Source: Pseudomonadota bacterium (GTDB lineage Bacteria; Desulfobacterota; GWC2-55-46; JADFVP01). Taken from it: a stretch of 33,273 nt of DNA. The notes beneath the pieces are model-generated. The model saw only the letters and a list, made by a program, of their open reading frames with translations, ran no database searches and was not told the origin of the DNA. The translations under genes and the position numbers were made by a program. Below are positions 1 through 6,571 of the stretch, in pieces (the stretch's first letter is position 1; the number at the start of each line of letters is the position of its first letter). Location: assembly GCA_015222595.1 (NCBI GenBank), contig JADFVP010000003.1, positions 1 through 33,273 on the forward strand, given 5' to 3'.

Positions 1-1
1 G

Positions 2-382
2 GTAACCACGGCCGCCGTAGCAGTAAAAGAGAAGGCCGCAGAGGCAGTTAGCGGCGCGGCTGCCGTAACGACAACACCTGAGACGACAGAGGCGAAAGCC
101 GCAGCCTCACCAGAGACCGTGCGGCTCGGAGGCTCTATCTTCAAGAGAAAGTGCGTTGCGTGCCACGGCATCGGCGGCAAGGGCAGCGCAATGGCTCCGG
201 GTTTTGTCGGCAACGAGTGGGTTAAGTCCACAGACGTAGCTGGCATTTCAGCAGTAATCACAGGGGGGAGAACCGGCGCGGCCAAGAAGTATAAAAAGTT
301 CCCCATACCGATGCCGGCGCACGCGAGTATGAAGAGCGAAGAGGTCTCTGCTCTGGCCCACTACATAAAATCGATCAACTGA
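2..382 (+). CDS. c-type cytochrome (class I, mono-haem), 5' end cut by window edge
   Basis: The reading frame is open from nt 2, and the tracked ORF 119..382 is only its distal part. It has a CVACH haem-binding motif (CxxCH) with a downstream Met-containing segment (PMPAHASM) as a possible axial ligand. An Ala/Thr/Glu-rich linker precedes the domain. Strong hairpin terminators follow. Confidence 0.8.
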   Translation, partial: VTTAAVAVKEKAAEAVSGAAAVTTTPETTEAKAAASPETVRLGGSIFKRKCVACHGIGGKGSAMAPGFVGNEWVKSTDVAGISAVITGGRTGAAKKYKKFPIPMPAHASMKSEEVSALAHYIKSIN

Positions 383-418
383 GCCGTGCTTACTGTAAGC
401 ACGTTGGTCCAAGCCTAC

Positions 419-459
419 GGACACTTTCGCGCGCAAAGCGCGCGAAAGTGTCCGTTTTA
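419..459 (+). terminator. Rho-independent terminator after the cytochrome c gene
   Basis: A perfect 16-bp GC-rich stem (GGACACTTTCGCGCGC-AAA-GCGCGCGAAAGTGTCC) is followed by GTTTTA. A second 8-bp hairpin lies just upstream at 385..403. Confidence 0.85.
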
Positions 460-599
460 TCTAGCTCTTGAGAGTCTGCAAATCCAGAATTGGCTCAAGT
501 TTAAGCAATAAAAGGCCGTAGAATAGAGAAAGGGCACTTTTAAAGACGAACCGTGCAGCCTTGCCACATGAGTTCAACCATATAAACGGAGACAAACCA

Positions 600-947
600 A
601 TGGCCAGCGGACCAAAACCCAGCACAGACCCTATGTACCAGCTCCTTAGGGATGAACATATAGGAGAGTTCAATGCCAAGAAGGCCGCAGGAGCCGAGTT
701 CGATATAAGAGGCACGAACCTGCAAGGGCTCGACCTGCGCGAACTAGATGTCGAGGGCATAGACTTCTCCGGCTGCTACCTGCGCGGATCGGACCTGCGC
801 GGGCTCGACTTCAGCTCTTGCCGCTTAGAAGGCGTAAGCATAAGGAACGCCAAGATCTCTGGCGTCTACCTGCCAAAGGAGTTGACTACAAATGAGATAC
901 TGATGTCGCTAAACCACGGAACACGTATGAGGTACAAAACCCTTTAG
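600..947 (+). CDS. pentapeptide-repeat protein
   Basis: The sequence carries tandem A(D/N)LxX-type pentapeptides (LQGLDLRELDVEGIDFSGCYLRGSDLRGLDFSSCRLEGVSIRNAKISG). I prefer the ATG at 600, which is preceded by GGAG about 11 nt upstream, over the TTG at 561. The gene has its own terminator at 981..1022. Confidence 0.75.
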   Translation: MASGPKPSTDPMYQLLRDEHIGEFNAKKAAGAEFDIRGTNLQGLDLRELDVEGIDFSGCYLRGSDLRGLDFSSCRLEGVSIRNAKISGVYLPKELTTNEILMSLNHGTRMRYKTL

Positions 948-980
948 CGTCTTCCTTATACTTGCTATTCAGATAATAGA

Positions 981-1022
981 GGGTACAGAGCGCTTCTTGG
1001 GCTCTGTGCCCTTTACTTTTTC
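981..1022 (+). terminator. Rho-independent terminator after the pentapeptide-repeat gene
   Basis: An 11-bp stem (GGGTACAGAGC / GCTCTGTGCCC, with one G-U pair) and a 9-nt loop are followed by TTTACTTTTTC. Confidence 0.7.
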
Positions 1023-1113
1023 GGACACAGGCCTCTGCATATACCGGACTATTCTGTCCGATTTGACGACCTTGCAGTAACTCCCCGCCAGACGTACGCT
1101 CTTGTATAAGCTC

Positions 1114-1141
1114 TAAAGTTTTCGCTCCATTCAGGCGATAA
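1114..1141 (+). promoter_or_regulatory. sigma-28 (FliA)-type promoter candidate for motAB
   Basis: The box TAAAGTTT-N12-GGCGATAA compares with the enterobacterial consensus TAAAGTTT-N11-GCCGATAA. It lies about 48 nt upstream of the motA ATG. Confidence 0.55.
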
Positions 1142-1188
1142 CAAAAGATATAGAGTGCAAAAAAAATCTATTCTTCTGGGGTTAAAAA

Positions 1189-1986
1189 ATGGATATAGCA
1201 ACAATTGCCGGCGTGCTACTTGGCTTCGGCCTGATCATCGTTTCGATTCTGCTCAGCGGCTCCCTAATGGCGTTCGTCAATATACCGGGCCTTGCAATTG
1301 TGGTAGGTGGAACCATTGCAGCCACACTCATAATGCAGCGCCTGAGTGTGGTTCTCGGAGCCGTAAAAGTTGCTATCAACGTCTTAAAAAGCGGCACCGG
1401 CTCCTCCGTCGATCTCATCAAAGAGATGGTACAACTCTCCGACGTTGCCCGTAAAGAGGGGCTACTGGCGCTTGAAAAAGCCAAGCCCAAGAACCTCTTT
1501 CTTGCCAAGGGGCTCCGGTTGTTGGCAGACGGAGTCGATCTTAAAGATATAGCCGCAATACTAAAGACCGAACTTCTATATATTAAGCAACGCCATAAGC
1601 GCGGGCAGAAGATTTTCAAGTTCATGACGGCAACGGCTCCGGCAATGGGCATGGTCGGTACGCTTATAGGGCTGGTGCAGATGTTAATGTCGCTCAGCGA
1701 TCCGTCTGCAATCGGCCCCGCAATGGCCGTTGCGCTCCTGACCACCTTTTATGGCGCCGTACTCGCTTTCCTGGTATTTGGCCCAATAGCCGCCAAGCTC
1801 GAGAGCAGAACCGATGAAGAGAGCGCACAACTCGAAATGATACTGAGCGGCATTGCCGGGATCTACAATAAAGAGAATCCAAGAATGATAGAGCTGCGCC
1901 TAGCCACCTTCCTCGACCCGAAGACGAGAAATAGCCTCGGTGGGGATAAGAACAAGGGCGATGGAAAAGACAAGAAGGCCGCCTAA
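1189..1986 (+). CDS. motA: flagellar motor stator protein MotA/PomA family
   Basis: The protein is 265 aa with four TM segments. The segments TATAPAMGMVGTLIGLV and DPSAIGPAMAVALLTTFYGAVLAFLVFGPIA closely match Vibrio PomA as I remember it. motB lies immediately downstream and a sigma-28-like box lies upstream. Confidence 0.9.
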   Translation: MDIATIAGVLLGFGLIIVSILLSGSLMAFVNIPGLAIVVGGTIAATLIMQRLSVVLGAVKVAINVLKSGTGSSVDLIKEMVQLSDVARKEGLLALEKAKPKNLFLAKGLRLLADGVDLKDIAAILKTELLYIKQRHKRGQKIFKFMTATAPAMGMVGTLIGLVQMLMSLSDPSAIGPAMAVALLTTFYGAVLAFLVFGPIAAKLESRTDEESAQLEMILSGIAGIYNKENPRMIELRLATFLDPKTRNSLGGDKNKGDGKDKKAA

Positions 1987-2068
1987 CCGGCGTAGGACTA
2001 ACCGGTGCAGTTATTGGACGGCTAAGAAGCGACATTATCGGTACTAGATACAGCACGGAGAGCGTGAA

Positions 2069-2863
2069 ATGGCGGAAGCCGAAATAGATTTTGACTGTAG
2101 CGATGACGGAGAAGATGTAGAAGAGGGGGCTGCATGGCTTGCCACCTTCGGCGACCTGATGAGCCTGCTTCTTACCTTCTTCGTGCTGCTGCTCTCTTTT
2201 GCAGAAATGGATATAGTAAAATTTAAAGATGCAATGGGCTCCATGCAGGACGCCTTCGGCGCTGTCCAGTCAGAGGGGAGACCCGGAGACCTGGCGCCGA
2301 GCGCAGTCATCGACCTTGGGTATGAAAAGAAGGACCGGCTCTTTGAAGACCCCGTTCAAATGGACTTCAGGGCAACCGCGCCAAAGAGCGCCAACACAAT
2401 GAACAAGGAGAAGAGCGAGAGCGAAGATATTTTAAAGAGGGTAAACGCCTCTATAGCCGCCAACGGGCTTGAAAACTCCGTAGTCGTAGAGCAGAAGGGA
2501 CGCGGCGTGGTCGTCAGGGTACGCGGCCAGCTCTTCTTCAACTCTGGCTCCGCCACTCTAAAGAAAGAGGCCCACCCGCTTCTAGACGACATAATCGGTA
2601 TTGTAGAAGACTTCCCGTACCGCATGAGCGTTGAGGGGCATACCGACAACCAACCCATAAATACCACTCGTTTCCGCTCCAACTGGGAACTCTCAACCGC
2701 GCGGGCGATCTCGGCTCTCCGGTACATAATAGACACTGAACGGATCGACCTCAACCGGCTCGGCGCCGCAGGCTACTCGGACGTAAAACCGATAACCGAG
2801 AACGACACCAAGACCGGCAGGGCGCAGAACCGCAGGGTAGAGTTCATCTTCTTCAAAGAGTAG
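2069..2863 (+). CDS. motB: flagellar motor stator protein MotB/PomB family (OmpA-like C-terminal domain)
   Basis: A single N-terminal TM carries the conserved channel Asp (ATFGDLMSLLLTFFVLLL). The C-terminal peptidoglycan-binding OmpA-like motifs are present (GHTDNQP...NWELSTARA...NRRVEF). A GGAGAG Shine-Dalgarno sequence sits 8 nt upstream of the ATG. Confidence 0.9.
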   Translation: MAEAEIDFDCSDDGEDVEEGAAWLATFGDLMSLLLTFFVLLLSFAEMDIVKFKDAMGSMQDAFGAVQSEGRPGDLAPSAVIDLGYEKKDRLFEDPVQMDFRATAPKSANTMNKEKSESEDILKRVNASIAANGLENSVVVEQKGRGVVVRVRGQLFFNSGSATLKKEAHPLLDDIIGIVEDFPYRMSVEGHTDNQPINTTRFRSNWELSTARAISALRYIIDTERIDLNRLGAAGYSDVKPITENDTKTGRAQNRRVEFIFFKE

Positions 2864-3109
2864 CCGTTTGCAGAGCCTGCAAGGCCGACCCCGTACTCTT
2901 AAAAAAAGAGGGACCCAGCAGAGACTTAAAGAATAATGCATGATAGGTAACCTACGGTTTATCCTCAATATAATCCCTTTCACCCATTAAGTTTACACCC
3001 CATTTGACCGATAAAAGAGTAGTGCGAAGACTTTACGCCTAAAGAGAACCGGAGCCGAAAGAAGGGCTGTGGGGTCGGTAGTGAAGCGCGAGCGCTTTAT
3101 CTTATCTTC

Positions 3110-3133
3110 GTACCGGGCACAGTACCGGGCACA
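3110..3133. repeat. perfect 12-bp tandem direct repeat (GTACCGGGCACA x2)
   Basis: Read directly from the sequence. It lies about 60 nt upstream of the GGDEF-EAL start. Confidence 0.9.
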
Positions 3134-3194
3134 AGAGCGAATTGCATGCAACTCGGATTCACCCAACACAATAGAGACGGGCAAGCCTAAACAG

Positions 3195-5780
3195 ATGAAA
3201 ATAATTCATAAGCTCTTAATTCTCTTTCTCTTTATCTCGCTTCTAACCTGGGCAGCCGGCTACTTTGCCGTCAACTCAAGCTTGAAGGCGCTCAAAGAGC
3301 CGCTTGCAGCCAACACAGAGTTGCTCGCCGCCAACATCCTCTCGGAGATAGAGCGGAACATCTACTCAAGAGCCGAGGCGTTGCAGGTCTATACCAGCGA
3401 CCTTACGCTTCAAGAGGTTCTACTCGAAGCGAACCAGAAGGCGGCAAAGGAGAAGCGCCTTGAGGCAACAACCAAAAAGATCGACTCTGAGTGGACCTCC
3501 GCCTCTGGTGCAACCATAACCCCGACCATGCGGCCGATACTCGACAACAGGCTCTCCGATGAACTGGTCGAGATGGCCTCTTTCTACGTTGAGAAGTACG
3601 GCCATAGCATCTTCAGCAATATCTTCGTAACCGACTCCAACGGCAGAACTATAGCCATGACGAGCAGGGCGGATAAGTACCTCCACGCAAACTCTCCCTG
3701 GTGGCAAAACGCAGTAGCCGACGATCTCTACTTCGGAGACATCGCCTTTGACCAGAAGTCCGAAACCTACGCCATCTCGATCGGCGTACGGATAGAGGAC
3801 GAAGAGGGCAAGCTGGTAGGTGTAATACACGCACAGCTGGCAATGGATGCTGTTCTTGCGCCCCTTGAAGAGCTTAACGATAAAGCGGCACTCGACAACG
3901 GCTTCGTAACCTACGCCCTGTACACCAGAGACGGAAAGCTGATAAACTCCAACACCCGCTTTCTTGAGCCTAGCGACTACCTGAGCGCGAAGAACCTCGA
4001 CCCGGCCCTGCACACCACGGCGGATGAGCATGCTGTTGTTGCCAGAGACCACGGGGACGACATCTTCAGTGTCCATACCCACGCCAAGGGGCACAAAGAG
4101 TTCCGTGGGCTCGGCTGGACGCTGGCAATAGAACAGAACGCATCCGTACTATTCGCCCCCATGCACAGGCTGAACCGGGGCGTGCTCATAGCATCTGCGG
4201 CTATTACTGTCCTGCTGGCGCTCTTCGGGCTCTACGTAATACGCGCAATCGCCAACCCCGTAAGAAAGATCCACGAAGCCGCCGACAGGGTTACCGACGG
4301 AGAACTCGACATTCGCGTTGAAGTGAACAAGGCGGACGAACTCGGACAACTTGCCACGAACTTCAACCGCATGACCGACTCTTTGCAGCGCGCCATACAG
4401 GTGCGGGACAAAGAGATCGTCGAGCGCAAATCTTCTGAAGAGAAGGTGCGCCACATCGCCTACCACGACTCCCTTACGGGGCTTCCCAACCGGGCGCTCT
4501 TTAAAGACAGGGTAGAGCAGGTGCTGCTGCGCGGACGGTGGCATAAAACACTTGCCGCAATCCTCTTTCTAGACCTCGACCGCTTCAAGGCCATCAACGA
4601 CTCTTTGGGCCACCATGCAGGAGACGAGCTTCTGGTAACGGTAGCTGGTAGACTTAAGAGCTGTCTTCGCGACGGCGACACTGCGGCCCGCATCGGCGGC
4701 GACGAGTTCACCATACTCTGCCAGGACGTTGCCCGCGTTGAGGATCTCTCCATTATCGTGGACAAGATACTCTCCGCTTTCCGCCAGCCGATATCTATTC
4801 AGGATCAGGAGATCTACATATCGACCTCGATCGGAATAAGCCTCTACCCGACCGACGGAGAGGACGCGGAGACGCTTATACAGAACGCCGATCTTGCAAT
4901 GTACCGCGCAAAGTCGAGGGGCAGAAACACCTGCCAGCACTTTATGCCGAGCATGGCGGAGAAGTCTCTCAAGCGGTTGCAGATAGAGAACGCTCTGCAC
5001 AATGCGCTTGAGCAGATGGACTTCTCGCTTCAGTACCAGCCGCTGATAGACCTGAGGAACGGCAAGATAGCGGCTACCGAGGCGCTAATCCGCTGGAACG
5101 ACGACAAGCTCGGAGAGGTAACCCCCTCTGTCTTCATACCTATCGCCGAAGAGAACGGAGACATACTTCCCATTGGACGGTGGGTACTGAAAGAGGCCTG
5201 CGAACAGAACCGGAAGTGGCAAGAGATGGGCCTGCCCAAGATACCGGTCTCTGTAAATGTCTCTTCGAAAATTTTTCGGGAGAGCGGCTTTGTCAACATG
5301 ATACGCTCTGTGCTAGGTGATGCCAACCTTGAACCGCGCTACCTTGAGCTTGAGGTAACGGAATCGATTATAATGGAAAATACCGACGAGGTGCTGGCCA
5401 CAATGGGAGAGCTGAAGGAACTCGGAGTGCTCTTCTCCATAGACGACTTCGGCACCGGCTACTCCTCTCTCTGTTACCTGAAGAAACTTCCGCTAAGCAA
5501 ACTCAAGATAGACCGGACCTTCATTAAAGAGCTTGTGAGCACGACAGAGGACCAGTCGATAGTCAAGACAATCGTGACGCTCGGCCACAACCTCGACCTG
5601 ACCGTACTGGCAGAAGGGGTAGAGACCGAGTCCCAGCTTGAGGTGTTACTCGAAGTAGGCTGCGACATGGTGCAGGGCTACCTATTCTCAAAGCCGATCT
5701 CAGCCCAGGAACTCTCGAAGCTACTGGTCAGGAAGAAGGGTTTTGTGCTCAAAGGGCCGGGCTGGAAAAAGTCCGGCTAA
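3195..5780 (+). CDS. membrane sensor diguanylate cyclase/phosphodiesterase (periplasmic Cache-like domain, HAMP, GGDEF, EAL)
   Basis: Domain order is TM1 (KLLILFLFISLLTWAAGYFAV), an extracytoplasmic domain of about 300 aa, TM2, then HAMP (DELGQLATNFNRM). The GGDEF motif is intact (RIGGDEF) with an RxxD I-site 5 residues upstream (RDGD). The EAL domain has EALIR, DDFGTGYSSL, KIDRTF and EGVET. I chose the ATG at 3195 because the TM helix follows it directly, and the upstream extension contains a 12-bp tandem repeat. Confidence 0.9.
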   Translation: MKIIHKLLILFLFISLLTWAAGYFAVNSSLKALKEPLAANTELLAANILSEIERNIYSRAEALQVYTSDLTLQEVLLEANQKAAKEKRLEATTKKIDSEWTSASGATITPTMRPILDNRLSDELVEMASFYVEKYGHSIFSNIFVTDSNGRTIAMTSRADKYLHANSPWWQNAVADDLYFGDIAFDQKSETYAISIGVRIEDEEGKLVGVIHAQLAMDAVLAPLEELNDKAALDNGFVTYALYTRDGKLINSNTRFLEPSDYLSAKNLDPALHTTADEHAVVARDHGDDIFSVHTHAKGHKEFRGLGWTLAIEQNASVLFAPMHRLNRGVLIASAAITVLLALFGLYVIRAIANPVRKIHEAADRVTDGELDIRVEVNKADELGQLATNFNRMTDSLQRAIQVRDKEIVERKSSEEKVRHIAYHDSLTGLPNRALFKDRVEQVLLRGRWHKTLAAILFLDLDRFKAINDSLGHHAGDELLVTVAGRLKSCLRDGDTAARIGGDEFTILCQDVARVEDLSIIVDKILSAFRQPISIQDQEIYISTSIGISLYPTDGEDAETLIQNADLAMYRAKSRGRNTCQHFMPSMAEKSLKRLQIENALHNALEQMDFSLQYQPLIDLRNGKIAATEALIRWNDDKLGEVTPSVFIPIAEENGDILPIGRWVLKEACEQNRKWQEMGLPKIPVSVNVSSKIFRESGFVNMIRSVLGDANLEPRYLELEVTESIIMENTDEVLATMGELKELGVLFSIDDFGTGYSSLCYLKKLPLSKLKIDRTFIKELVSTTEDQSIVKTIVTLGHNLDLTVLAEGVETESQLEVLLEVGCDMVQGYLFSKPISAQELSKLLVRKKGFVLKGPGWKKSG

Positions 5781-5933
5781 GGCCGCTCCTTCCGGATAAG
5801 GGGCAGAGAAGAGCCGGAAAAGTACCAAAAAAAGGGGCACGAACCGCAGAGAATTTTGACGAAAGAGAAGAAGATAGGACGAACGGCAGAGAATTCAGAG
5901 GAAAAAAGGCCGACAGAAAGAGACAATTAGAGA

Positions 5934-5962
5934 CAAAAAAAGGGGCTTTTCGCCCTTTTTTC
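5934..5962 (+). terminator. weak terminator-like hairpin after the GGDEF-EAL gene tail
   Basis: The sequence is AAAAAAAGGGGC-TTTTC-GCCCTTTTTT. A short GC stem is extended by A/T pairs and followed by a T-run. Confidence 0.4.
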
Positions 5963-5996
5963 ATTTTTATAATGTTCTAGCCCCACTGCTGCCCAA

Positions 5997-6036
5997 GATC
6001 CTCTTTTTTTGTTCCGAGAACAGAAAAAAGAGGATC
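5997..6036. repeat. 40-nt near-perfect inverted repeat
   Basis: The sequence is GATCCTCTTTTTTTGTTC-CGA-GAACAGAAAAAAGAGGATC, with one bulged G. No U-tail is present on either strand. Confidence 0.85.
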
Positions 6037-6092
6037 GACTAAAACCGATTATCAGACCAAAATCATCCCCCTCTGTTTTTATTTCTGTCACA

Positions 6093-6129
6093 CACAAAAA
6101 AAAGAAGAAGCTCTTTGAGCTTCTTCTTT
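6093..6129 (-). terminator. Rho-independent terminator of the smc-Roadblock unit
   Basis: On the minus strand a 12-bp stem (AAAGAAGAAGCT / AGCTTCTTCTTT) is followed by TTTTTTTGTGTG. Confidence 0.7.
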
Positions 6130-6174
6130 AGACCGACTTTATTCTACCTACTTTGCCAACTCCTGTTGTACGCC

Positions 6175-6549
6175 CTACCCCATCTCAGCCTCTAGCAACT
6201 CTCTTGCGCACTTCGATTCATAGAGCACGCGTGCCGAGCGCGCAGCCCGGTCCATAACAGCTACCACCATGTACCCTTCCTTCAGCACGGTTACGGCAAG
6301 ACGCGCGGTGCCGGTCGAGACCATAACCGACTCTACGTTGCCAAGCTCCGAGTTTTCCGCAACCTCTTTTACGAGATCGAGCACAACTGCGTTATGGGCG
6401 CCGACAAGGTCGAGTTCCAGCGGGCCGTTCCCTGCGGAGACACCCCCCCGCTCAGAAGCCTCAACCACCTCGCCGTCTCCGGCCACCATTACCGCACCCT
6501 TGGCCCCTGAGCGGCTAACAAGGTTATCGAGGATCTTCTTAAAAGACAT
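6175..6549 (-). CDS. Roadblock/LC7 (MglB-like) domain protein
   Basis: The 124-aa protein has the typical Roadblock pattern (L..L......GAKGAVMVAGDGEVV ... ARLAVTVLKEGYMVVAVMD). It lies 22 nt downstream of the smc stop on the same strand. A Rho-independent terminator follows at 6093..6129. Confidence 0.75.
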   Translation of the reverse strand: MSFKKILDNLVSRSGAKGAVMVAGDGEVVEASERGGVSAGNGPLELDLVGAHNAVVLDLVKEVAENSELGNVESVMVSTGTARLAVTVLKEGYMVVAVMDRAARSARVLYESKCARELLEAEMG

Positions 6550-6571
6550 TCCCTAACTGGTTCCGGTCTGG

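Noticed and set aside
1189-2863. The MotA/MotB pair as a Zorya-type (ZorAB) anti-phage module.
   Set aside because: - Both proteins have canonical flagellar stator sizes (265 and 264 aa). ZorA carries a long C-terminal tail that is absent here.
- No ZorC/D/E-like genes are adjacent.
- The MotA sequence tracks PomA closely.
- A sigma-28-type promoter precedes the pair.
3069-3194. N-terminal extensions proposed by the ORF track at 3069 for the GGDEF-EAL gene, and likewise at 561, 14022, 17673 and 28011.
   Set aside because: In each case an internal ATG gives a canonical N-terminus, meaning a TM helix, a lipoprotein signal or the conserved GyrA/GpsA start. Those ATGs also have a better Shine-Dalgarno sequence. 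The extensions overlap promoter or repeat sequence.
5749-5964. A 71-aa Phe/Ser/Leu-rich minus-strand ORF downstream of the GGDEF-EAL gene.
   Set aside because: It is the complement of a purine-rich tract, which automatically yields pyrimidine-rich codons. It has no Shine-Dalgarno sequence, it overlaps the end of the GGDEF-EAL CDS, and its ATG sits inside the terminator hairpin.
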